This document shows, piece by piece, positions 1-9,926 of a stretch of 64,000 nt of DNA. The DNA is taken from the NCBI GenBank assembly GCA_963804165.1, contig CAWDPO010000015.1, positions 136,377-200,376 on the forward strand. The letters are read 5' to 3'. Under the pieces are notes generated by a model that saw only the letters and a program-made list of their open reading frames with translations, did not search any database and was not told where the DNA came from. A program made the position numbers and the translations under genes. Source of the DNA: an uncultured delta proteobacterium (GTDB lineage: Bacteria > Desulfobacterota > Binatia > UBA9968). The stretch's first letter is position 1. The number at the start of each line of letters is the position of its first letter.

Positions 1-643
1 CAGGACGTCCAAAAAATGGCACATAATCGCCCGCGGTCTGAGTGTCTTGATCGATTAGGAATGCCATCAACCGATTGCTGCGCAAGACTCGCAGGATCGC
101 CTTGCCGGTATTATCTCCCCGCCAAACAATTTCGAGCCCGCGTTGGGTCCGCCACTTGTGCAACCATGCCGTTATGCGGGGATCATAGAATGGCTTGGCA
201 ATGGTGGCGATCGGATAGCCCGCGGATGCGATCGCTTGCCCGAGAATTTCCCAGTTTCCGATATGGCCGGAGATGATCACGCCTCCCCTCCCCTCGGCGA
301 GAACTTCATCGAGCACCCGCCGCGCATCAGGGTCCAATTCCGGAACCTCATGACGCAAACGAGACAGCTCCCAAATCGATTCGGCGAAGTGAACAAACAT
401 TCTGCGGATGATTTTGGGCGCGTCGAGGTGTGGCATCGTGGAGTGAATCTGAGCTTGAGCGCGCCGCGCATCGCGGCGAAACACATAAGGCGCCACACAG
501 CCGACGAGGCGCAGAACACCGCGAATCGGGAAGCGCTCGGCTGCCGACCACCCGCTTCGCATTAAGTAGTAAAGGAACGAGTTTTTTAGGCGCTGGCGCC
601 ATCGCCAGCGTGCTGGCACTGCCGCCGCTTGAGAGTCTTTCAT
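1..643 (-). CDS. Lipid A biosynthesis acyltransferase (LpxL/HtrB-like), runs off the window edge
   Basis: Not in the ORF track. Hand translation from ATG at 643: MKDSQAAAVPARWRWRQRLKNSFLYYLMR...GVIISGHIGNWE...LIDQDTQ...VPFFGRP. HxGNWE, DQD and VPFFG are family motifs. Confidence 0.85.
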   Translation of the reverse strand, partial: MKDSQAAAVPARWRWRQRLKNSFLYYLMRSGWSAAERFPIRGVLRLVGCVAPYVFRRDARRAQAQIHSTMPHLDAPKIIRRMFVHFAESIWELSRLRHEVPELDPDARRVLDEVLAEGRGGVIISGHIGNWEILGQAIASAGYPIATIAKPFYDPRITAWLHKWRTQRGLEIVWRGDNTGKAILRVLRSNRLMAFLIDQDTQTAGDYVPFFGRP

Positions 644-997
644 GAGATTTCTAAAGTAGTGTGCATTCCTGAATACGCTGGCCAGCCTGCTTTCTCATGG
701 CCAGCGCAGGATCGTCAGTGTGAAGCCGTCACAACGATGTGGATATCAGAATAAGCTGAAGCGCCCATGCGAGCAATATAACATACCTATCCCTGGGTTT
801 CACTTCTTTAGCCGACGCTGAGCGTCTATATTTGGTCAAATTTGGGATTTCAAGAAAATAAAACCCGCGTTGCGCCAGGCGTCGCAGCTGGCTACGCATG
901 GCTGATTACTGCACCAAGTTTCTGATCCGAACATTTGGCCGATCCGAACTAGTTTTAGTTTGCCTAGGGGGCGATTTTGCGCTAGTAAAATCTGCCT

Positions 998-1471
998 ATG
1001 GCATCACGGGATGAGTTTTCAAAAGCTCTGCGGGTCATCGGTCAGATTCTCGAGACACAAGGAATCGATTTGTTTGATTTGAAGTGTTCCGGGGAGCAAT
1101 TCTATCTTCAGTGTGGGGATCCTGTGCCGCCGCATTTGAGCCTCGTCGAGATCCGTTATTCCACGGACCAAATCAACGCTCTCGACCAAGCAGCGCGACG
1201 TAACCGCCAGCGGTCCATTCCCTTCGTGAACTTCGACGGGCTGCCGGAAATCTTGCGTGCCATCGGACGCCGGTTTGATGTTTCCAACGGCCGGTTACTC
1301 AGCGTTAGCAATTCTGAATCGTCCACACCTTTCGAATCGATCAAGATCGAATATCAAATCCGCGGCGGAATACGGCACTCCGAAGAGTTTTTTACCGGCA
1401 CCTTGCGTGAGCAAGCCATGCGTATGTATAAAGAGCGCTCACGACGGGTGGATGGGGCGGTCTTGGAATAA
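998..1471 (+). CDS. Hypothetical protein with two internal repeat units
   Basis: 157-aa ORF. Both halves begin with LRxIG (ALRVIGQILE / ILRAIGRRFD) and end in a basic helix. Confidence 0.7.
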   Translation: MASRDEFSKALRVIGQILETQGIDLFDLKCSGEQFYLQCGDPVPPHLSLVEIRYSTDQINALDQAARRNRQRSIPFVNFDGLPEILRAIGRRFDVSNGRLLSVSNSESSTPFESIKIEYQIRGGIRHSEEFFTGTLREQAMRMYKERSRRVDGAVLE

Positions 1472-1589
1472 ACGAATCAAGCGAGCGATCGGGTCGAATC
1501 GGCGTGGCAAACTAACTCGCCAGCGCGCAGGTCTTTAGAGCCTCTCGGTCTACTTGCGGCGCTTGCATCCGCACAAAGAACCCACATTT

Positions 1590-2072
1590 TCAATCTAGGT
1601 ATTTCCACTGGCTGAATGTGGCGGCCTGGCCGTAAGGGGCGCCGCGGTCGTCGATTAAGTTCCACACGCTTGCCTGCTCGATCAGAAAATGCCGGCCGGT
1701 TTTAGAAATTCGCACCCCGCGGTAATTGTCGATATACCCTTGTCGGCTCACAGTCGCGAGCAAACAAGCCCGCTCTTGTTGGTGCGTCGGTTCAGCGGTA
1801 AGGCGCGACGGAAATGTCGTTAATTCGTTCCAATTGAGCTCGAAAAGATCCAACCCCGCCTGGTTCGCGTAGTTGAGCAGCGGGTCGGACCCGGTATCGT
1901 GCGATAACACGACGAACGGCGAATAATATAACTTGCGTGCTTGTTCGGCGGACGGCAAATCCGGTTGAACCAGATTTTTGCCCGTCCAATGGCGGTAGCT
2001 CTCGAGCAATCGAGTAACATGGTCTTTAAGGTATTGGTTTACTTCTCCCGGCTCGTTCCAGCTTGTCGTCAC
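1590..2072 (-). CDS. MEKHLA domain (PAS-like) protein
   Basis: Motifs LLESYRHWTG, PFVVLSH...DPLLNYAN, PSRLTAEP, YRGVRISKTGRHF, VWNL, GQAATF. Confidence 0.9.
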   Translation of the reverse strand: MTTSWNEPGEVNQYLKDHVTRLLESYRHWTGKNLVQPDLPSAEQARKLYYSPFVVLSHDTGSDPLLNYANQAGLDLFELNWNELTTFPSRLTAEPTHQQERACLLATVSRQGYIDNYRGVRISKTGRHFLIEQASVWNLIDDRGAPYGQAATFSQWKYLD

Positions 2073-2228
2073 AGTTTCTCCACATTAAAGCCATAGGGCA
2101 GTTACTCACGGCGAACCAAACAGCTCCGATTTTTGTCCCGCTGGTCTTGAATGCATTCTCCCCGGGATTCCCGCCTAGTGCCTCGCGGATAGAATTGACG
2201 CTTTGTTCGCTTTGGCGAGGCGCTCCGA

Positions 2229-3290
2229 CTATGGGTTCAGACTGAGCAGTTTACGTTGCGATTCGTCCGCTGGCGCCGGCCACACACCATTTTCCTTATA
2301 AAACTGTATGGCCGCCGCATGGTATGGAATTGTCGCATCGCTATCGACGGCCCGCTGCCGGGTCCAATCCTTGAAGCTCGGGTGCAGCGGAGGAAGCTTG
2401 TCCATGTTGCCCCAAATATTTTTGAGGACCATGTGAATCACCCGGTCGACGGCTCCCTTGTGGCTGGTTAAATAGATGTCATACGCGTTGACGCAAGTGT
2501 CTTCGACGATGGCCGTCGCTTGGCCGCGCTTAAGCCATTGCGGATAGTAGCCGGGCACGGCGGCGCGCAAACGCTTTTCGCCTTGCGCCGAGCAATCGAG
2601 TGAAAGATGGCGCACCCCGATGGCCGCGTCTGCTTCCTTCACCTTGGCGGAGTCGATGGCGTGCAAACCCACGTCGGCGCGCCCTTGCACCAGCGCGTCG
2701 ACTCCTTCGTTCGCGCCCGGTACTGGAACGATCTTGACGTCTTCCCATTTCATTCCGGCGCCGGCCAAAAAACCGAAAAGGTTGTACCAATTCGCGAGCT
2801 GCGCCGGATATTCCCCGGTCAGTCTTTTGCCGCGGATATCGTGAATCGTCTTCATCGTCGAATCCCTGCGCACGAGCAGCGCCGTCATCAGAACCGACCC
2901 TCGCATGACCAGGCGCACGTTCGGCGTGTGTTGAAACGGGTTGCGACCGCCGATCTTCAGTCGCTCCGGCCCCTGATAGGAAAGCGCCATGTCGACGGCA
3001 TTGTTAATGCCGAAATCGATCTCACCCGTATTCAGGAGAGGCAGGAAAGTGCTCGTTCCTGAATAAGGTTGCACGACCAACTGAAATGGCGCGCCATCGC
3101 CGGCATACTTTGCGAGGCCGCTTGCCAGTGCGTAAAAGACCGTCCCCGGCGGATTGGATCCGATCGTGAGCGAGCGCGGCAGCGATTGCGCGTTGACCGT
3201 AACCGAGGCGATGAACGCGAAACCGGATAATAGCGAACCTATGCGCAAACACTGCCGTTGCTTGAGTCGCATAGAGACCGTTCTGCCCAT
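2229..3290 (-). CDS. TAXI-family TRAP transporter solute-binding protein
   Basis: Signal peptide; LTIGSNPPGTVFYALASG; C-terminal IPYHAAAIQFYKENG. Confidence 0.9.
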   Translation of the reverse strand: MGRTVSMRLKQRQCLRIGSLLSGFAFIASVTVNAQSLPRSLTIGSNPPGTVFYALASGLAKYAGDGAPFQLVVQPYSGTSTFLPLLNTGEIDFGINNAVDMALSYQGPERLKIGGRNPFQHTPNVRLVMRGSVLMTALLVRRDSTMKTIHDIRGKRLTGEYPAQLANWYNLFGFLAGAGMKWEDVKIVPVPGANEGVDALVQGRADVGLHAIDSAKVKEADAAIGVRHLSLDCSAQGEKRLRAAVPGYYPQWLKRGQATAIVEDTCVNAYDIYLTSHKGAVDRVIHMVLKNIWGNMDKLPPLHPSFKDWTRQRAVDSDATIPYHAAAIQFYKENGVWPAPADESQRKLLSLNP

Positions 3291-3359
3291 GGGTGTTTTT
3301 AGTCCGCGTTGAAATCACCTGCGGCGTTTTTCTAACGCGCCGTGCTCAGTCGGTACTTA

Positions 3360-4370
3360 CTAACCCTCCCAACCGTACAGTCGTTTAGCGTTGTCACCGA
3401 GAAACTTTTGTTTCGACTCTGCCGTCACATCCTTGCGGTCGCGAATCGTCGAGACGACGTACGGGAACATGCCGTCCCAGTGCGGATAGTCGGACGCGAA
3501 GATAATCTTGTCATCGCCGATGCGCTCCATGACGTACGCGACAGTGCTCTCCTCGGGCTCGGCGGCGAAGAACCAGTTACCATTGGCAATGTAGTCACTC
3601 GGCTTTGCCTTGAGCAAAGGCGCTTCAGATTGTCGTTTCTCCCATTCCTCGTCCATCCGATCCATCCAGTAAGGTACCCAGCCACAGCCGCACTCGAGAA
3701 ACGCGATGCGCAACTTGGGAAACCTTTCCGGCACGCCGCCGTAAATGAGCGCAGCGCAGTCGATCAAGGTCTCGAACGGGCGGGCGATGGTGTGAGCAAA
3801 CAAAAAAGTATCGAAGCGAATTTCACCGACAGGACCTTGGCGGGAATTGTGAACCAAGAGCGGTGCGTTGAGTCTTTCGAGTTCTTCGTAGATAGGCCAA
3901 AAAGTCGGCGTGCCGAGATGATCTTTGAGGCCGAATGACGCGATTGCGATACCCGCCAGGCCGAGTTTGGTGACAGCGCGGTTGATCTCCGCGACGGCAG
4001 CCGGTACGTCCTGGAACGGCGCCAGGCCGATGCCTTTTAAGCGCGGGCTTTCTTTGCAAAGATTAGCGATCCAGTCGTTGTACCCGCGACAAAAGGCGGC
4101 GGCATAGTCCTTCTCCGGACTTTGCGTGATGCCGAACGCGCTGGTGGGAAATAGTACGGAGATGTCGATTCCTTCGCGATCCATATCGCGTAGCCGCGTC
4201 GGTACGTCGTGAATGTCCATGCTGAGTTTTCCGTACATGCTGCTATCCCATTTATCCTTGGCGACGAACGGTCCTCGTCGTCGGCAATACGGTTCCTCCA
4301 TAAATTTGCGAATCTCCGCGTCGCGATCCTGGACATGCCCATCGGCATCGATGACCTTGGCATTCTCCAT
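3360..4370 (-). CDS. Amidohydrolase_2 family metal-dependent hydrolase/decarboxylase
   Basis: IDADGH, RGYNDW, FLECGCGW, FASDYPH, GDNAKRLY. Confidence 0.9.
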   Translation of the reverse strand: MENAKVIDADGHVQDRDAEIRKFMEEPYCRRRGPFVAKDKWDSSMYGKLSMDIHDVPTRLRDMDREGIDISVLFPTSAFGITQSPEKDYAAAFCRGYNDWIANLCKESPRLKGIGLAPFQDVPAAVAEINRAVTKLGLAGIAIASFGLKDHLGTPTFWPIYEELERLNAPLLVHNSRQGPVGEIRFDTFLFAHTIARPFETLIDCAALIYGGVPERFPKLRIAFLECGCGWVPYWMDRMDEEWEKRQSEAPLLKAKPSDYIANGNWFFAAEPEESTVAYVMERIGDDKIIFASDYPHWDGMFPYVVSTIRDRKDVTAESKQKFLGDNAKRLYGWEG

Positions 4371-4611
4371 AATTGTTCCTTCCTCTGGTTGCCAATTCGC
4401 CCATTTAGATTTCAGAGTGGCTTGAGTGCGCGGGCGGCAACTCGTTTCCGATTACCACAGGGTGATCAATATGGTCAATTGGATTTCACTGTTCGTTTGC
4501 CGCCACTGACGCGAATATCGGGCCAGGGCAAAGATTTATTGAATTTGACGGCCAGCGTTGCGATCAGTTATTGGTGCACACACCATTCGGTAAGTCTCTA
4601 GGAGGTACGCG

Positions 4612-5616
4612 ATGATCAACAATCGATGGCTCCTCGCTTTCTGGGTTGCAGCTTGCTTCAGCCCACTGGCTTCCGCTGACGCCGCCGAGGTGCCGTCCTT
4701 ACGAAAAATCCGCGTAGCGATCACCTCGATATCCGGCTCTATGGCTCCGCCATGGGCAGCCCACGAGGCGGGTATTTTCAAAAGACACGGCTTGCAAGTG
4801 GAAGTGATCGCCACGCCAAGCGGCGTACAGGGCATGAACGCGCTCATCGCGGGAGAAATCGCCTTCGTACAAATTTCCGGCGGCACGACGACAGGCGCGG
4901 CGGTGGGCGGCGCCGACGTAAAGATCATCGCGACGACGATCGGCACACTCGTGCTCAATTTAGTCGTGCGTCCGGAGATCGAGAAGGCCGAGCAGTTGCG
5001 CGGCAAAAACATCGGTATCAGCCGCTACGGCACTTCGCTGCATACGGGCGCGCGATTGGCCGCGAAACATTTCGGCATGGAGCCCGGAAAAGACGTGCAC
5101 ATCGTCGAGATCGGCGCCGGAGAATGGATCGTCAGCGCTCTGCAGGGAGGCAGAGTGCAAGCGGCTGTGTTCGGATATCCGGCAACCAGCCGAGCGACAC
5201 AACTAGGCAATCGCGTGCTGCTACATATGCCGAGTCTCAATATCCCCTACGCCTCGACCGGTGTTTCGACCCGCGGAGAGATCATCCGCAATGATCCGGA
5301 TCTGGTGCGCCGCTACTTGTCGGCTCAGGTTGAGGCGATTGCGCTGATGAAGAAAGACCGTGCGTTTGCCATGAAGGTGCTGTCCAAGTACCTGCGCATC
5401 AATGATGCGAACTTGCTCGCGGAGTCTTATGATATACCGATCGCAAAATATATGATGAAGACTCCGCTGCCGACTGCGGATGCAGTGCGTGCGGTTTTAG
5501 AAGAACTCGAGGAAAGAAACCCCAAGGCTAAAGATCTCGACCCAAACAGATTCTTCGACGACCGCTTCGTGCGCCAATTGCAGGCGGGCGATTTTATCGA
5601 ATCGCTGTACCGTTAG
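4612..5616 (+). CDS. NMT1/THI5-like (SsuA/TauA-type) ABC solute-binding protein
   Basis: GGAGG RBS, signal peptide, GIFKRHGL, LRGKNIG, FDDRFV. Confidence 0.85.
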   Translation: MINNRWLLAFWVAACFSPLASADAAEVPSLRKIRVAITSISGSMAPPWAAHEAGIFKRHGLQVEVIATPSGVQGMNALIAGEIAFVQISGGTTTGAAVGGADVKIIATTIGTLVLNLVVRPEIEKAEQLRGKNIGISRYGTSLHTGARLAAKHFGMEPGKDVHIVEIGAGEWIVSALQGGRVQAAVFGYPATSRATQLGNRVLLHMPSLNIPYASTGVSTRGEIIRNDPDLVRRYLSAQVEAIALMKKDRAFAMKVLSKYLRINDANLLAESYDIPIAKYMMKTPLPTADAVRAVLEELEERNPKAKDLDPNRFFDDRFVRQLQAGDFIESLYR

Positions 5617-5664
5617 AAGATCGAAGATGCGACGAAGCGCCTCGTCTACAGGAAATCGTTCGTG

Positions 5665-7389
5665 TCACAGTTCCTTCGCCGCGTTGGTGCCAGCAATAAA
5701 GCCCTGGGTCGTGCATCGTCCCAGTCCATGCTGGTTGAAGCCTCCCGCTGATTCACCGGCGCAGTACAGGCCGCGAATCGTCTGGCCGTTCATGTCCATC
5801 ACCTGACACTTGCCATTGATTCTTAAGCCCGAGCGCGTGTCGTGTACGTTCGGCGTCGCCCACGCCGCATAGAATGGCGGGGTCTGTATCTTGTGTTTCG
5901 GCGCCGGTTTGCCGAAATCACTATCCTTGCCGGCATCGACGAACGAGTTGTACCGGTCTACCACGGCCTGCAAGATCGCGCCGTTCATCGGCTTTGCCTG
6001 ATACTCGTTCTTAATTGCGGCGGCGAGATCTGAAAGCGTGTTCGCGCTGAAGAAATAACCGTCTGGATCGACGTACGGCGGCGTCACCTTCCAGCCTTCC
6101 CGTTTGACCGCGTCAGCGTCGAAGATCGCCCAGATCGGACCAGCGGAATAATCCGGCGGTTCGGAATACTCGTTCATCGCTACCGCGGCGTTGAAGAAAT
6201 TATACTTGTTGGGATGGTAGTCGATTTTCTCGTTATTGCGATAATCGTTGGGCGTGTAGGGATTGAAATCGTTGTACACATTGCCATGCGGGTAATCGCC
6301 CTTGGTTTCGTCGTAGAATCGTTTCCCGACTTGGTTGACAAGAATCAAATCGTGCCAGTCTTTTACGCTGAGTCCGGTGGAGCGCACGAGCGGGAAGATC
6401 GGACACTCCAGCTCCCAAGTCATGTAATTCCACTTCGTGGCGAGCACCCGTTGAGTTCGGATATTGTCGCCGTTTTCCAGTGTCTGGTTCACCAGCCCCC
6501 AAAGCGAAGCGCCGATCGCCATCGCTGCCAGCTCGCCGCTGGCATCCTGATAGCTGTAGGGCTCACCGGCGACGGTCAGAACCGCGGTCAATCGCGGATC
6601 GAACATGCGGCGAAAATTCAAGTTGCTCGTCATGCCGCCGGTGGCGACGATGACGGCTTTGTTCGCGCGGATTCGCATCGTCGGTTTGGTGCTGTCGATG
6701 TTGCCGTCCGAACGAAAGCTTTTTAGCGGGGTCGATTGCCCGGGCATGATTCGCGGTGTGTACTCAGCCGTGATGCCGATCACACGTCCGCTGTTCTGCC
6801 TTTCGCGGTGAAAGCTTATCATTTTGTAGTTCAATAAAAACTTAACGCCTTTGGCGCGAGCGCTGTTTTCCAACGGTCGAATCACGCCGGTTCCCGCCCG
6901 GTTATTCGGACTTTCATAACCCGGACCTTTGGTCCAAAACGCATGATTTTCGCGCGGCGCGGAGTTGCCTAAATTATGCCCCCCTTGATTGTCCGGCGCG
7001 ACTTCTTTGAACTTGACGCCGTTTTCAAGCAGAAACTCATAGGTCAACGCGCAATGATCGGCAAACGCGCGCATCACCGCGCGGTCGTTGTAACGGTAAT
7101 CCGGCCAGCCGTTGGGCTGCACGATCGTCCAGTCAGTGAGGTCCGAGAAAACCGTGTCGGGCGTATCCTGAATACCGTACTTCTTCTGCGCGCTCGTGCC
7201 GCCGCCAAGGGGCACGTTGCCGCCGCTGATAATCGCGTGGCCGCCGATATCGTAATTGGCCTCGACAACGATCACGGACGCGCCAGCGTCCGCGGCCTTA
7301 ATCGCCGCCGGTAACCCGGCGGCTCCCGACCCGATAATGACGACGTCGGTCTCAAGATCCCAGCTCTGATCTGTTGCTGCTTGCGCCAT
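5665..7389 (-). CDS. FAD-dependent oxidoreductase, fumarate reductase/flavocytochrome c/KstD superfamily
   Basis: GSGAAG Rossmann motif, ATGG, DxDFGK, GLYCAGE. The fumarate-reductase HHTMGG and NRLGG motifs are replaced by HDTRSG and NQHGLG. Confidence 0.85.
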   Translation of the reverse strand: MAQAATDQSWDLETDVVIIGSGAAGLPAAIKAADAGASVIVVEANYDIGGHAIISGGNVPLGGGTSAQKKYGIQDTPDTVFSDLTDWTIVQPNGWPDYRYNDRAVMRAFADHCALTYEFLLENGVKFKEVAPDNQGGHNLGNSAPRENHAFWTKGPGYESPNNRAGTGVIRPLENSARAKGVKFLLNYKMISFHRERQNSGRVIGITAEYTPRIMPGQSTPLKSFRSDGNIDSTKPTMRIRANKAVIVATGGMTSNLNFRRMFDPRLTAVLTVAGEPYSYQDASGELAAMAIGASLWGLVNQTLENGDNIRTQRVLATKWNYMTWELECPIFPLVRSTGLSVKDWHDLILVNQVGKRFYDETKGDYPHGNVYNDFNPYTPNDYRNNEKIDYHPNKYNFFNAAVAMNEYSEPPDYSAGPIWAIFDADAVKREGWKVTPPYVDPDGYFFSANTLSDLAAAIKNEYQAKPMNGAILQAVVDRYNSFVDAGKDSDFGKPAPKHKIQTPPFYAAWATPNVHDTRSGLRINGKCQVMDMNGQTIRGLYCAGESAGGFNQHGLGRCTTQGFIAGTNAAKEL

Positions 7390-7729
7390 CGCTTTGTCCT
7401 CCGCGGAAAATTTACTTAAATCTGCAATCGATTACATCCGTGGAGAAAAAAATGCAAGCTATGAAGGAACACAACGACATGAACGTTCAGATTCTCTTAA
7501 CGAAAATACGCATTGGTGTGTGTGATCCGCCGATGTCTATACCGAGGAGAAACGTCGATGGCACGTTGGCGTGAGATCTATGAAGTGACACCCGCACGGA
7601 ACAGCGGAAATTTTTATTGGGGAGATGCGCGTGCGCTGTCGGATTTTACGTGATGGTCCCCATGACGCTCAATGCCTTTGAGATGCGCCGCCTCCTGGGG
7701 CAGAAAATGCCAGTCCAGCGCTCGTCAAC

Positions 7730-7864
7730 CTACGACTTCTTGAATTCTTCCGGTTTTGCCTCCGGATGCTTGCCGATCTGTTCGCCTTTCGGTAGATGCT
7801 CATACTTTTGTGTCACCCGACTATCCATTGCAGCGTATTTTCGCGCCCAGTCTTCGTCGCTCAT
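7730..7864 (-). CDS. Possible small protein (44 aa) or gene remnant
   Basis: MSDEDWARKYAAMDSRVTQKYEHLPKGEQIGKHPEAKPEEFKKS; GGAGG upstream; no recognisable family. Confidence 0.25.
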   Translation of the reverse strand: MSDEDWARKYAAMDSRVTQKYEHLPKGEQIGKHPEAKPEEFKKS

Positions 7865-8148
7865 CGCTAGAAACTCCTCCACGTAGAATTCCTTGATAGC
7901 TTTTTGTCTGAACGTCGCTCGCTCTTCAAGCAGCGCTCATGTCCGGCCGACATCATGTTATGATTGTGCTTCATATAGCAAACGGACAAATCCTCGGACG
8001 ATCTCAGCTCAGGGCTTGCAGCGTGAGGCGATGGAAGGCCAAATGATCGGTTTTGAAAACGCTGGCGGTAGTTTCGAGAGGAATTTTGGCAGACAGTTCA
8101 GAAAAGCAAGAGGGATCGAAAGCGCGGCTTGGGAGCTAAACTGGTGGC

Positions 8149-8379
8149 TCAATCAGCCTTCAAAGGAATCTTCTCAGGGTTGTCTGGTTCGCTGAGATGC
8201 TCGGTCGGCTGGGTCCCAACCAATGGTCTGCGACGCTGTTCGTGTTCCCTTGCTTTGAGAGCATTGAGGCGTTCGCGGAACCAAGTTTTCTCGGGCCATT
8301 GCCAGTTTTGATCAAGACTAGGATAACTATTCGATTGTTTCATGGCGATTCTCTTGAGAAATCGAGGAGCAAGCTTCAT
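8149..8379 (-). CDS. Hypothetical small protein
   Basis: 76-aa ORF with no motifs; the start is uncertain. Confidence 0.35.
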   Translation of the reverse strand: MKLAPRFLKRIAMKQSNSYPSLDQNWQWPEKTWFRERLNALKAREHEQRRRPLVGTQPTEHLSEPDNPEKIPLKAD

Positions 8380-8599
8380 ACCATCCGTAAGCAGTTAATT
8401 TATTGGCACTTTGCCCAGGCTTAAAATTATTTGTTTGAACAAAAATTGTCCCTAGCGGCCAGAAATCGTTATCTGATGGGCAGTTACGTGGCGCGGGATT
8501 GATTGCTAAAACCCCATGCCTTGGCGAGTTTTTGTTGATTCCGCTTGAGTCAAACCTGGGTCGTGACGTATACGAATATCAGGGTCGAGGAGCGCTGCT

Positions 8600-9232
8600 A
8601 TGACACATTTGACGATGTTTCGTCTGACAAGCATGACACTCGCTGGCGGGATAGGGATGATTCTCTTGGCCTCGTCCCCAGGATTTCCGCAGACCGCTGG
8701 CACGACGGTCAGAGGCAAAGTCACTTCATTTAAAGGCCAAGAATTGATCGTGAGCAGCGCTAGCGGAGACGTGAAAGCGGTCTTAACGGACAAGACCGTA
8801 ATTCGCGCAGAGGTGCCGATTAAACTTTCGGAGATCGGCTCGGGGATGTATCTCGGGACTACGGCGACCAAGCAATCTGACGGGACGTTTCTTGCCTCGG
8901 AAGTCCATGTTTTCTCGGAGGATCAGCGCGGTACCGGGGAGGGGCATCGTCCCCTAGGCTCGGCGCTACAGAGCGGCGCGACGATGACCAACGCCAATGT
9001 CGAACACGTCGAAGATGTCGCGATAAAGGATATCAAAGGAAGGCAAATTACTCTCAAGTACAAAGGCGGCGAGGTCAAGGTTCAGGTCCCGCCGGATATC
9101 CCGCTCGTCAAACGCGTGATCAGCGACCGAAACTCACTGAAAAGCGGCGTCGAAGTCTCACTTCAAGGAACCCAAGATTCCGCCGGAGCGCTATCAGCGA
9201 CCCAGATCACCGTGAGGGCGGCGGGGAAATGA
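8600..9232 (+). CDS. Secreted protein with DUF5666-like OB-type repeats
   Basis: GAGGAG RBS, signal peptide; repeated units ending DGTFLASEV / AGALSATQI. Confidence 0.7.
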   Translation: MTHLTMFRLTSMTLAGGIGMILLASSPGFPQTAGTTVRGKVTSFKGQELIVSSASGDVKAVLTDKTVIRAEVPIKLSEIGSGMYLGTTATKQSDGTFLASEVHVFSEDQRGTGEGHRPLGSALQSGATMTNANVEHVEDVAIKDIKGRQITLKYKGGEVKVQVPPDIPLVKRVISDRNSLKSGVEVSLQGTQDSAGALSATQITVRAAGK

Positions 9233-9308
9233 ATCTTTAGACTGTAAGCACTCGCGTTTTAACCCTAGTTCGCTTCAGTCTCGATCAGGCAAACAGACGC
9301 CAGTTCTA

Positions 9309-9914
9309 TTACGATTTGTCAGCATACAGCTTAACGTCGTCCAGCCGAACGGTAATTCCCCGCTGAGCGAAATAGTCGGCAATTGGTTTCAAAGACATGC
9401 CCACAGCGGCGAAATAGTCACCGCTGATCGATTCGACAAGCCTGCTCCCCTGCCCTTGGATCGAGTACGCACCGGCTTTGTCGTGGGACTCATCGCAGCA
9501 AAGATAACGCTCAATTTCAATTTCGGTATAAGGGCGCATTGTGACGGACACCTTCTCCACCGTCCGCATCCCAGGTCCGCCAAAGCCGTCAAGGATCGCC
9601 AGGCTGGTGTAAATCTCGTGCGTCTTGCCGGCCAGCGCGCGCAATATCCGCGCGGCATCGTCGCGGTCGACGGGTTTGCCGATTTTCTCGCCGTCGAGCG
9701 AAATCATCGTATCACCCCCGATCACAAGGCTATGGGGATTTTTACTGCTTACCGAGCGCGCCTTCCCGACGGCGAATGCGAGAACTTCCTCTTCGATCGA
9801 TAAATGACGGGAAACCCGTTCGTCGAATTCGGGCGCGATCACTTCAAACGGCACGCCGAGCGAGGCTAAAATCTCGCGTCGCCGCGGCGAAGTGGAAGCA
9901 AGAATCAAGCGCAT
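9309..9914 (-). CDS. maf: Maf family nucleoside triphosphate pyrophosphatase
   Basis: LILASTSPRRREIL, GGDT, GKP, DKAGAYSIQG. Confidence 0.95.
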   Translation of the reverse strand: MRLILASTSPRRREILASLGVPFEVIAPEFDERVSRHLSIEEEVLAFAVGKARSVSSKNPHSLVIGGDTMISLDGEKIGKPVDRDDAARILRALAGKTHEIYTSLAILDGFGGPGMRTVEKVSVTMRPYTEIEIERYLCCDESHDKAGAYSIQGQGSRLVESISGDYFAAVGMSLKPIADYFAQRGITVRLDDVKLYADKS

Positions 9915-9926
9915 GGAATGATCGAA

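Noticed and set aside
16-645. Several listed ORFs (16-276, 143-565, 277-519, 348-602, 430-645)
   Set aside because: They are shadows of the minus-strand LpxL-like gene, which runs off the edge and is missing from the ORF track.
4371-4611. TPP or other riboswitch upstream of the NMT1/THI5-like genes
   Set aside because: I could not see a conserved aptamer core here or before the other paralogs; a covariance search would be needed to exclude it fully.
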